Origin: an uncultured Gammaproteobacteria bacterium
GTDB taxonomy: Bacteria; Pseudomonadota; Gammaproteobacteria; Steroidobacterales; JBCBZW01
Reading direction: 5' to 3'
DNA length: 64,000 nt
NCBI GenBank assembly: GCA_965369325.1
Contig: CBDUQI010000007.1
Span: 92-64,091 of the forward strand
Below the pieces are notes generated by a model that was not told where the DNA came from, searched no databases, and was given only the letters and a program-made list of their open reading frames with translations. The position numbers and the translations under genes are program-made. Positions 55,117 to 63,698 of the stretch are shown one piece after another. Within the stretch, counting starts at the first letter, position 1, and every line of letters begins with the position of its first letter.

Positions 55117-55261
55117 AAGAGCGACGACAGCGGGTTAGAAATCGGCGCGGCGATATCGGCGAGGTGGTACACAGGCCGGCGATCAAAAGCCTGGTCCGGG
55201 TCATGGCGTAACAGGGATCGATCGAATTTGCCGGCGCGAAGAAGTAGTCCTGCGCACCTAG
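55117..55261 (+). pseudogene. decayed duplicate of the 3' end of the TMADH-family gene (matches 52018-52133 and 52279-52307)
   Basis: Hand alignment. About 115 nt match at roughly 85-90% identity with a 1-nt gap. An internal deletion of about 145 nt follows. The last 29 nt up to a TAG match at about 75%. No intact reading frame. Confidence 0.7.
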
Positions 55262-55339
55262 CGCGAGGTTATTGCACAATTAGGGCGAACGCTCACGCGC
55301 GAGGAATCCGTCACCCGAGGGGCCCGGTGGATTGGCAGT

Positions 55340-56578
55340 TCATCGCTTTTCGAGCTGTCGCACCAAGACCCGGCGGGCGCGGCGCCGGTCCGCGCGCAGT
55401 ACCACAATCTCGTGCCCGGCCCACGCGACCGAGTCGCCAACCGCCGGAATACGTTCGAGCCTCTCTGTCAGCAGACCGCCGATCGTGGTCACCTCCTCCT
55501 CGGGCTCCCACGTAACGCCGAGCTTCGCCGCGAGGCGGCGCAGGTCGACGTTTGCGCGCACGACCAACGACCCGTCCGCATTCAGGTCGAAGTCTTCGTT
55601 CGGCCGGTCGCTCTCATCGCGGATGTCGCCAACGATCTCCTCCAGCACATCCTCGAGCGTTGCAATGCCCAGCACGCTGCCGTACTCGTCCACGATAATT
55701 CCCAGGTGCCGGTGGCTGTCTTGGTAAAGCTTCATCAGTTGTGGCAGCGCCACGGTCTCCGGGATGATCAGCGCCTCGTGCCGGTTGGCATCCCAGTCGA
55801 TCTCGCTGTCCTCGTGGGTTAGGAGCCAGTGCAGCACCTGCTTGGCGAGGACCACGCCCGTCACGTCGTCGATCTCGCCGGTCAGCGTGAACGGGAAGCG
55901 GCTATGCCCGGTGCGCAGAATAAGTTCAAGCACCTTTTCGCGACTCATGTGTGCGGATAGGAAATGCACCTCCTCGCGCGGCAGCATCACATCGTGCGCC
56001 TGCAGTTGCCTTAGCTGCGTGGCACCCACGATCATACCCGCGGTGCGGGCGCCGACCGCGCCCTCACTCCGGCCGAGTACCGCGAGCAGCCGGATCTCCT
56101 CTGCGGAGGTGATGGGCGCCTCGACGTCCCGCCGGATTGAGCGAGAGATCTTCTCGCTGAGCAGTACCATGGGTTTCAGCAGCCGCGTGAGCCAGTGGAT
56201 ACCATGCGCAACAGGGCCCGCGAGAGCCTGTGCATGGGAGACGCCGACAGTCTTCGGAATGATCTCGGTAAGCAGCAACACCGCAAGCGTGAACAGGATA
56301 GAGAATATCCACAACGTGCCGGGGTCGAACACATCCGAGTAACTCGCTCCCGCCACCGCCGCGCCGATGGTGTGGGCGGCCGTATTAAGGATCAGGATCG
56401 CCGCAATGGGGATATCCATGTTGTCCTTGAAGCTTGCGAGCAAGCGGCCGGCCCGGCGGCCGTCGCGGCTCAGCAAGACGATCTGCGGCCTGGTCAGGGA
56501 CAGCAGCACCGACTCGAAGATCGAGCAAATAAACGAGATGATCAGGACGACGGCGACAGCTGTAACGAAAAGGAGCAT
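55340..56578 (-). CDS. CNNM/HlyC-CorC family transporter (DUF21 + CBS pair + CorC_HlyC)
   Basis: 412 aa. N-terminal DUF21 TM region (SIFESVLLSL), CBS region, C-terminal ...GDSVAWAGHEIVVL. Confidence 0.85.
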   Translation of the reverse strand: MLLFVTAVAVVLIISFICSIFESVLLSLTRPQIVLLSRDGRRAGRLLASFKDNMDIPIAAILILNTAAHTIGAAVAGASYSDVFDPGTLWIFSILFTLAVLLLTEIIPKTVGVSHAQALAGPVAHGIHWLTRLLKPMVLLSEKISRSIRRDVEAPITSAEEIRLLAVLGRSEGAVGARTAGMIVGATQLRQLQAHDVMLPREEVHFLSAHMSREKVLELILRTGHSRFPFTLTGEIDDVTGVVLAKQVLHWLLTHEDSEIDWDANRHEALIIPETVALPQLMKLYQDSHRHLGIIVDEYGSVLGIATLEDVLEEIVGDIRDESDRPNEDFDLNADGSLVVRANVDLRRLAAKLGVTWEPEEEVTTIGGLLTERLERIPAVGDSVAWAGHEIVVLRADRRRARRVLVRQLEKR

Positions 56579-56607
56579 TGCACAGTTCCAGGTGGACGTG
56601 CTGGTAC

Positions 56608-59600
56608 TTAAGGATTCACCAGCACGTTGGTGAGGGCCGCCGTATCCGGGAACGTCACGTGGCCGTCAAATTCTCTGATGGTTGACAGGGTGCCGCTAAC
56701 ATCATTGTCCGTAAAAGACTCCAACACCGGCATTGAGACTTCGGATAGGGTGGCTGTGATATCAATATAGCGCTCTTCGGGACTGTTGGAATCGCGCACG
56801 GTAACGGTGAGCAGAGAATCGAAGCTTATCTCGGCATCCAGGGTTGCCAACACACGGAACTCAAGCGGGTTGGTACTGCCATCAGTTCCCAGGCTAAAAC
56901 TGGTGAGCGCCGGGAATGCGACGAGGCTGCCCTCATCCTGCGCGCGCCACTCGCTGTCGTCGATGTCGGTTTCGTAGGTGGTCACCGCCGGCAATGTCAC
57001 CTGAGCGCCTTCAAAGGCCGCGACGGTTGAGCCGTCGAACATCGTTAGGTTCGGGAGCTCGAGCGGTCGTCCTGTCACCTCAAAGTCACAAGCGATGCAG
57101 CTAACAATTTGGGTGAGCTCGATGTTGCCGTCGGCGGGCAGCGTGAAATCAACATCCACCATTTCAACAAGCGCCGGCACCAGGATAGTGCCCCCTGCGG
57201 GCGTCACCAACGATTGCCCCTGGTAGAAAATACCCGTGCGTTGCAGTGTTGGGCTGTTGTCGATAATGCTCTCAAGCAGTGGTGCCTCTATCGTGCTGTC
57301 GGGACCGGTGGCTCTAAGCTCAATGCTCCGAAGGTCATCCGACTGCGTAGCGATCGCATGAGTCAGCAAGGGCATAGAAATCACACCGCCAGCCGTTGCC
57401 GTTATGGTCATATCGGCGGCGGTCGACTCGCCAACTACCCCCATGGTGATATCGGTGAGATTTGGTAACGCCAATCGCGACGATTGGGCCTCCCAACCGG
57501 CACCGTGTTCGCTCATAAAACTGCTCACGCCAGGCAGCGTCACGTCTGCGTTAAACAAGAAAATCCCAGTCCCCCCAATATCGGTAAGAACGGGCGCGGT
57601 AAAACTAGTGTCGCTCAAGCGTAACGAGCTGTTTGTCCAGGCAGTCATTTGTGACATGTTAAACGTGCCGCCATTTTGCACGTCGACTCTCGCCCCGTTC
57701 ATAGCGGTGAACGATGAGGCATCTATTTCGCCGCCATGTCTGGCGTTCCACCAATTGCCAGCATTGGCCATGTCGATGGCGCTCAGCTGTGGCAGGAGGA
57801 TGCGGCTTGCGCTGCCCTGCGCGGTGAAGACGGTGAAATTTGACGAGTTGCCGGAGGTCGTCTCGGTGGTAAAAATGGCGTGCAAGCTCGGCAGATCTAT
57901 CGTCCCTCCCTGCTCGGCGGACAAACTCCACTCGCCTCGAACGTCAAGTTCTGATCCTAGTTGCACGGTCGCCAGGTTGGGTACACTCAGACGGCTGCCG
58001 GAATCTGTGGCGCTCCAATCGGTCGGGTGCAAGGTCGTCACAAAGTCAACGATCAGTGCCAGCGTAACATCCGCCCCGTCGAGGACGGCCAATTCGCTGT
58101 CGGTGATATCCGAAAGCTGGTCAAGTGCTACGGTACGGTCGGCAAACGCCAGCCGGCTGCCTGTCCAGGATGTAATGTGCTGAATGCCGATATTTGACTC
58201 ACCGCCTAACATCAGATCCACGAACGCAATTGTGTCCGGCAACAAAATATCAATAGTGGCGCCATCGGTAGCCGACAGCGACGACCGGTCGGTTGCATCA
58301 CGCCCCACGATGCCTTGCAGTTGGGGCACGTAAATCGCACTGCCGTTGCGATCAGTGCCAAGATGCAATACATGGTGCTCGGCGCCAGCGAGCAGGGGCA
58401 AATCAATCTGACTGCCCGAATCGGCCTGCAGGTACAACTCACCGTTGTTTTCGCTATTCGGTGTGGTGATGTGAACCAGGTTGGGCAGCCCAAGGAAGCT
58501 ACTGCCCAACAACTCCCATTCGGCCCGCTCGCTGATATGGTTCACGATACCTGGCAGTTGCAGCGAGGCACTATTGAGTAAAAAGACCGACGAGTTCGTA
58601 AAATCGGTGATGTTAGGCAGGCTCTCCACGCGGCTCAGCATATCGATACTGCTGTATGCCAGCGTCGTCAATCCGCCCAGATTGACGTTGGAATCGCGTT
58701 CAATGTCTAGCGAAACGTAGCGAAGTTCTTGTAACAAAGGCGTGTGCAAGTCGGCATCACCGTCTACCTGCACAACGGAGCGATGCCCATCGCCAACAAA
58801 ACGCCGCAACACGGGCATATCGATACTGCTACCGGCATCCAGCACGCGAATGTCCAGGCCTGCACGAGCCCCGAGCAGAATATCGGTCACTTGCGGTAGG
58901 GTTATACCGCCCGCGTTGGCGGCCGTCATGCCTAAATCCACAGTGACATCCGTGGCCAGTCCTGCCTGTATGCCGATCAGATTGGGCATGGACAGAACGC
59001 TGCCCTCCCCGTCCGCGGTACACTCGAGCGCGAGCTCAGTAGCTAACTCAACCGGGCCGGACAGTGATAACAGCGCACCGGCTGAGGCTGTGAAACTCCC
59101 CTGTAAAACAGGAAGGCTACTAATGTCTACGTTTGCCATCGGCCCAACGGCTTCGAAACGTGCCCCTCGTTCGAGCAAGAAGTCCCCGTCCAACTGCGCA
59201 TCACCAGCGACGGTTAGAGACTGAAACTCACTGACGACTAACGTCTCGCGGGTACTCAGGGCATATACTTGCGCGTCGCTATCGGCGACCGTAATCACCG
59301 GGTTTGCTGCCGGTAGATTGATCACCACCCGATTGTTCGGACCGGGTATCCCTGGCGGGTCCCAATTTGTTGCGCTCTCCCAGACGCCGTCGCTTTCGTT
59401 GATCCAGTAAATCGCTGCCGTTGGCCCAGGCGCGGAGAACATGAACGCCCTCATGATCGCAAGATCCAGAATGTCCACCTGACCGCTGCCGTCGAAGTCA
59501 GCATCAGCGTTCTCGGTGAAGACGACGTCTCTATACAATGCAAAGTCGGCGAAATCGACGGTGTTGTTGTTGTCCAGATCTGGGTCGCAGCGGTTGCCGA

Positions 59601-59781
59601 ATCCGTCCTGATTGGTGTCGCGCTGGTCGGGGTTGTAGGTCAGGAGGCAGTTATCCGCCGAGTCGTCAATGCCGTCGCCGTCGTCGTCCGTGCTGGCACT
59701 GGCGGCTTGGCCCAGCAGACAGGCCACTATGACAAGACCTAACGATCGGGCTGCGAATTGCATTGTCGTCTTTCGTTCCAT
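56608..59781 (-). CDS. large exported protein: TSP3/dockerin-like calcium-binding module followed by about 900 aa of LRR-like repeats
   Basis: The track ORF reaches 59844. ATG 59781 or 59763 gives signal peptide MQFAARSLGLVIVACLLGQAASA. Module DNCLLTYNPDQRDTNQDGFGNRCDPDLDNNNTVDFADFALY...DFDGSGQVDILDLAIMRAFMF. Then recurring LPNL(T/V)xI... units. Confidence 0.6.
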   Translation of the reverse strand: MERKTTMQFAARSLGLVIVACLLGQAASASTDDDGDGIDDSADNCLLTYNPDQRDTNQDGFGNRCDPDLDNNNTVDFADFALYRDVVFTENADADFDGSGQVDILDLAIMRAFMFSAPGPTAAIYWINESDGVWESATNWDPPGIPGPNNRVVINLPAANPVITVADSDAQVYALSTRETLVVSEFQSLTVAGDAQLDGDFLLERGARFEAVGPMANVDISSLPVLQGSFTASAGALLSLSGPVELATELALECTADGEGSVLSMPNLIGIQAGLATDVTVDLGMTAANAGGITLPQVTDILLGARAGLDIRVLDAGSSIDMPVLRRFVGDGHRSVVQVDGDADLHTPLLQELRYVSLDIERDSNVNLGGLTTLAYSSIDMLSRVESLPNITDFTNSSVFLLNSASLQLPGIVNHISERAEWELLGSSFLGLPNLVHITTPNSENNGELYLQADSGSQIDLPLLAGAEHHVLHLGTDRNGSAIYVPQLQGIVGRDATDRSSLSATDGATIDILLPDTIAFVDLMLGGESNIGIQHITSWTGSRLAFADRTVALDQLSDITDSELAVLDGADVTLALIVDFVTTLHPTDWSATDSGSRLSVPNLATVQLGSELDVRGEWSLSAEQGGTIDLPSLHAIFTTETTSGNSSNFTVFTAQGSASRILLPQLSAIDMANAGNWWNARHGGEIDASSFTAMNGARVDVQNGGTFNMSQMTAWTNSSLRLSDTSFTAPVLTDIGGTGIFLFNADVTLPGVSSFMSEHGAGWEAQSSRLALPNLTDITMGVVGESTAADMTITATAGGVISMPLLTHAIATQSDDLRSIELRATGPDSTIEAPLLESIIDNSPTLQRTGIFYQGQSLVTPAGGTILVPALVEMVDVDFTLPADGNIELTQIVSCIACDFEVTGRPLELPNLTMFDGSTVAAFEGAQVTLPAVTTYETDIDDSEWRAQDEGSLVAFPALTSFSLGTDGSTNPLEFRVLATLDAEISFDSLLTVTVRDSNSPEERYIDITATLSEVSMPVLESFTDNDVSGTLSTIREFDGHVTFPDTAALTNVLVNP

Positions 59782-59824
59782 CTCACTACTGGGCACCCGT
59801 GCCACGGTTCGCGCGAGGACATCG

Positions 59825-60697
59825 TTAGGGCATCGCGATGCCACTTGGACCCGGCGAACCGAAAAACAGTGTTTTCATGACGCCGAAGTCAGCAAAGTTC
59901 ACCTGCAAATCACCGTTGAGGTCTGCATCGAGATTGTCACTCCCGAAAAACGCCGATTTCAGTAGCGTCAGATCGTTAAAATCCACCAAGCCATCGTTGT
60001 CCAAATCTGGATCGCACGCGTTGCCGTAGCCGTCACCGTTGGTATCACGCTGATCTTCGTTGGCGACCGCTGTGCAATTGTCCAACGCGTCAGCGATACC
60101 GTCGACATCCTCATCGGCCACAGTTGCTTGGATGTGCATGCCAAAAAACTGCAGACCCTCACATTCCTGCCCGCTCAGGCAGTAAATGGGACCGCCTATG
60201 CCGCCACCATCTGTTTCAATGGATGTTGAGGTGATGGGTGCAATCACTTCAAATGATGCATCAGCGATGTGGACCACTTCGTCGCGTATACCGATACCAA
60301 AGTACAAACTAAGGGCCAGCTCGATAATGCCATTTAGCTCATCGACGATCACCGGCTCTAACAAATAGCAGACGCCTAAACATACATCGCCACCGCTATC
60401 TTCCATCACATACCTAAAGCTGTCGTAGACGAAGGCGAGATGCGTCGGATCGTAGTCGATCTTGAAACCACCGCCGGTGATTGGGTTTGAGATGCCGTTG
60501 ATGTGCATTTCGATGGTGAAGCGCTCACCGACTGCGGGTGCTGCCATTACCTCAGGTACCAGCGATACTCCAAAGCTATCGACTCCACCGTTGATCGCAA
60601 GCGCAAGGGGGGTTTCCATAGACGACGCCGCCGGAACGGCCAGCAGAAGACTAAGGACAATACAATTGCACCAGCACAAAGGTTTCATGAGTTGCAC
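59825..60697 (-). CDS. exported protein: cohesin-like N-terminal domain + TSP3/dockerin-like C-terminal module
   Basis: 290 aa with a signal peptide. The segment VGERFTIEMHINGISNPITGGGFKIDYDPTHLAFV is cohesin-like (weak recognition). C-terminal DNCTAVANEDQRDTNGDGYGNACDPDLDNDGLVDFNDLTLL...DLNGDLQVNFADFGVMKTLFF. Confidence 0.55.
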   Translation of the reverse strand: MQLMKPLCWCNCIVLSLLLAVPAASSMETPLALAINGGVDSFGVSLVPEVMAAPAVGERFTIEMHINGISNPITGGGFKIDYDPTHLAFVYDSFRYVMEDSGGDVCLGVCYLLEPVIVDELNGIIELALSLYFGIGIRDEVVHIADASFEVIAPITSTSIETDGGGIGGPIYCLSGQECEGLQFFGMHIQATVADEDVDGIADALDNCTAVANEDQRDTNGDGYGNACDPDLDNDGLVDFNDLTLLKSAFFGSDNLDADLNGDLQVNFADFGVMKTLFFGSPGPSGIAMP

Positions 60698-60812
60698 TCC
60701 AACATCTTGCGGTAGCCCAATACATTATTCACCCGACACCCTGACTAAGCAAGTTCCCGAGGCCGTACATACGCGGTGAGTATCGAGTATGTCGGCATCA
60801 ACCGTAGCGTCG

Positions 60813-61370
60813 TTAGCGTTCGCATACGCTAAGCTGCGATGCCCTAACGTACGTCGCGGCGTATTGGCCTAAATTGACACCAAACACCGTGGATAGCGTA
60901 TCCTCCACCGTCACCAATTCTGCGCCCAGTGACTCGGTTAGCCGTGCTTGACCCAGCCATGCTCCAAGTACTGTAGCCAACACCATTGGGACAGTATCAG
61001 AGTCTCCAGCACTATAGGCCAGAATCTGCACGGCAGCGATCGAATCGTCGCGCTTGTAGGCGATTGCACTCGTTATTTGGTACAGAAATAGCAACGGATC
61101 GAATCGCCACAACGAGTGGCGATTTACCGGAAAATCGGCGTAAAAATACGCATCCCGGGCCTGCTCCAGAAAATCCTTATCCGACTCAAATGACGTGCTC
61201 CGCCCGAACATCCAGGCCGCTTCTAACGATGTTTTCACAAGATCGACGTTAGGATGCCCCGCCCTAGCTGAATCCGACAACAACGCTAATGTGGTTCGCA
61301 AATACCAGTCGGCGAAACGCTCGGGGCCAGGTGGATGGTTGACCGCTTGCTGTACCAGGGCCGCGAACAA
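60813..61370 (-). pseudogene. possible truncated ADP-ribosylglycohydrolase-family gene fragment
   Basis: 185-aa ORF with a TTG start. An in-frame stop lies 30 codons upstream, with no ATG in between. Only the C-terminal family-like motif is seen (GDSDTVPMVLATVLGAWLG, compare GGDTDT...G). The N-terminal third of a normal family member is missing. Confidence 0.35.
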
Positions 61371-61651
61371 ACCGGTAATTGTGCGTCCGTAGGCCTGGTC
61401 GAAGGTCGTAAAGCGCGAGAAAGAAACCCTAACACAGCAAGTGGGCCAATTATGAAGGGGCTAGCCACGACCTTAGCGGACATTAGCTAAGCGTCTTACT
61501 TTAGGCGATTTTAAGGCACTGATGGAAGTTCGATTTCCCCACGAAAACAGACTGACGGTAGGCCTCCAACTTGCGATCAACAAAACCTGGAGTGGTCAAG
61601 GCGATTGTAGTAATCGCCGTAATTGAGATCGGATCGCTGAATTGCAAAAGT

Positions 61652-62932
61652 TTATTTGATAAAAGCTGGCAAGATCCTTTCGGCCGTTAACTGCAAGGTT
61701 GAGGGGTGTCTTTCATGGCCAGTAGTCACCACCATCAAATCAAGTTCCTCGATCAAAATGATAAACTGGCCGCCGCCGCCCTGGGCAGATACGCTAAAAT
61801 AGCTCTTATCGCCGTAACTCAAATCTCCACTCCACCAAAAATAACCATACCCTTGATTAAAGACATCTTTGCCACCACCGAAAATGTCATCGTCACCGTT
61901 AGAGAGGATCCTACTGGTTGCCTTGGTGATATACGCTTCTGGAACCAGTTGTTCGCCGTTCCATTTTCCTTTGTTCATAGCCAGGGCGCCAAACTTCAAC
62001 ATATCACGTGATGTTATGGCCGATCTCCATCCTGCAGCTGGCAGGCCGCCCAGCCCAGCTTGCCAACCATAAGTCCTTATTTCCATTTTGCCGAGGAGTT
62101 CATTTTTGATAAAATCTTCGGCGGTACCTGGCACGATGGCGTCAATGACTTGCATCACCAAAGGTGAACTGTAGTTTCCATATGAAAAAGAACTCTGAGA
62201 CTCTGCGGTAATGGGTGCGCTTTGTTCGAAAATGGCTTGAACCAAGCTTTGCCCTTTTACCTGGTCAGGATATTTGTCGAATTCTTCTCTCTGTTCATCG
62301 CTGATGCGAATTCCAGTACGCATAGTCAATGCCTGGTGCAGGGTAACTTTTTCTGCACCTTCAACAAATTTTGTCGGATCCAGTTCTTTGAGAAAACTAA
62401 CCAGAGGTTTGTCTAAGTCCGCCATGGTCAGATAATTCAGTTGAATTGCACGGCCAAGCGCCAGACCGGTGTAGGTTTTCGTCGCTGACGCCTGCGGATG
62501 GGTCAGGTTGACACGACCCAATAAATAGTAGGATTCAAATACAAGCTTGCCTTTATGAGCAATCAGCAGGCTGTCGATTTTATCGTGTTGACCGTCTGCG
62601 ATTTCCTGAGCCAGCTTGACAAACATGTCTTTATCGCTGCCATCGACGCTCAATTCACCCATGAAAAGCCCGTCTTTTCTGTCCGTTGGGGCTGTATCGA
62701 TGTAGGCATTCTTGAGTTTCGGAATATCCCGGATTGACCCTTCATCACCGGATGGAACGTCCTCCGCGACATAATTCACATTAGGATTTTTCCAGTACCC
62801 AAGCTCGACGTGATCAGCCGTCGCCTCTGGCGCGAGATTTTTGTTTTCTTCGGCGCCTGCTGCTGCCAAGCTGCTAAGACCACTCAATAGGGCGGCGGCG
62901 ATTAAACTCTTGAATTTTAGATTGATGGTCAT
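61652..62932 (-). CDS. beta-lactamase-family serine hydrolase (class C / PBP4*-like), exported
   Basis: 426 aa with a signal peptide. SxxK motif (ASATKT). Low GC by eye. Confidence 0.85.
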   Translation of the reverse strand: MTINLKFKSLIAAALLSGLSSLAAAGAEENKNLAPEATADHVELGYWKNPNVNYVAEDVPSGDEGSIRDIPKLKNAYIDTAPTDRKDGLFMGELSVDGSDKDMFVKLAQEIADGQHDKIDSLLIAHKGKLVFESYYLLGRVNLTHPQASATKTYTGLALGRAIQLNYLTMADLDKPLVSFLKELDPTKFVEGAEKVTLHQALTMRTGIRISDEQREEFDKYPDQVKGQSLVQAIFEQSAPITAESQSSFSYGNYSSPLVMQVIDAIVPGTAEDFIKNELLGKMEIRTYGWQAGLGGLPAAGWRSAITSRDMLKFGALAMNKGKWNGEQLVPEAYITKATSRILSNGDDDIFGGGKDVFNQGYGYFWWSGDLSYGDKSYFSVSAQGGGGQFIILIEELDLMVVTTGHERHPSTLQLTAERILPAFIK

Positions 62933-63040
62933 GTAAAGCCTCGAGATTCTAAGCAGTTCTGTGAACGGTCTAATCAGAGCTCAAATGTGGTAACTATTTT
63001 GATACCCCTGTTAAAGGATCATGACTTGGGTCTGAGGTCC

Positions 63041-63689
63041 TCAATAAACTGTGCATTCAACCCAAAATATATCGACCTGTCTTCCACCATTTTTGCGATC
63101 CTCAATACGTTTATCAAAAAAAGGGAATTTTCCATCAGGTGACACACTCGGATAGTTTTCGGCGTCGGGTGTGTTTATCTTGTCGCCCAAGTTAATGGCC
63201 GGACCCCATGAGCCATCGGTCGTTCTATAGCTGATATACAGATCAGGCGTGCCATATCCACCTTCTCTTCTGCTATCAAAAATGATGTAGGATTCATCAG
63301 GCGCAATGAACAGATGGGCATTGTATCTGCCGATGGCGAACTGCGGGCCCAGCGATTTCGGCTGTTCATATTTTCCGTCTATCATCTATGACAACAGACC
63401 CACGCCTCTGATTATTTTTATATTCAAGGGCAATCAACTGACGGAGCGGCCCATCTCTATCTCCTCTCACGAAATAGAAAGTGTTCATATCCGACACGAA
63501 CATACCTTCTTTTTCTTCAGAAGCTCTTGTATTAAAAATACCGGGCGCAAAAACCTCAGCCGTTGAGTCTGGCGCCATTTGCCCGAGATAGGAGCCATCG
63601 GGGATGGGGATAGCATCTCGGGCATGGCTGCCGCTGCTCATCATTAGTACAGAAAGCAGTGAAAGCGTTGAAGCAAAAATGCGTCTCAT
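63041..63689 (-). pseudogene. PD40/TolB-like beta-propeller repeat protein split into two overlapping ORFs (frameshift near 63366-63388)
   Basis: ORF 63366..63689 carries the signal peptide (MRRIFASTLSLLSVLMMSSGSHA). ORF 63041..63385 carries the PD40 repeats (PDLYISYRTTDGSWGPAINLG, YPSVSPDGKF). The second ORF's ATG directly follows an in-frame TAG. The junction contains the repeat GATGATAGA. Confidence 0.5.
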
Positions 63690-63698
63690 GATTTTTCC

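Noticed and set aside
59825-59844. 20-nt overlap between the 290-aa and 1078-aa ORFs, suggesting one fused or frameshifted gene.
   Set aside because: The downstream ORF has internal ATGs (59781, 59763) that yield a canonical signal peptide and remove the overlap. The upstream ORF ends with a complete module. Two separate genes is the simpler reading.
61524-61538. tRNA T-arm-like string GGAAGTTCGATTTCC in the 61371-61651 intergenic region (possible tRNA remnant or att site).
   Set aside because: Only a 4-bp stem with a TTCGAT loop is present. No acceptor, D or anticodon arms can be folded from the flanks, so it is too short to distinguish from chance.
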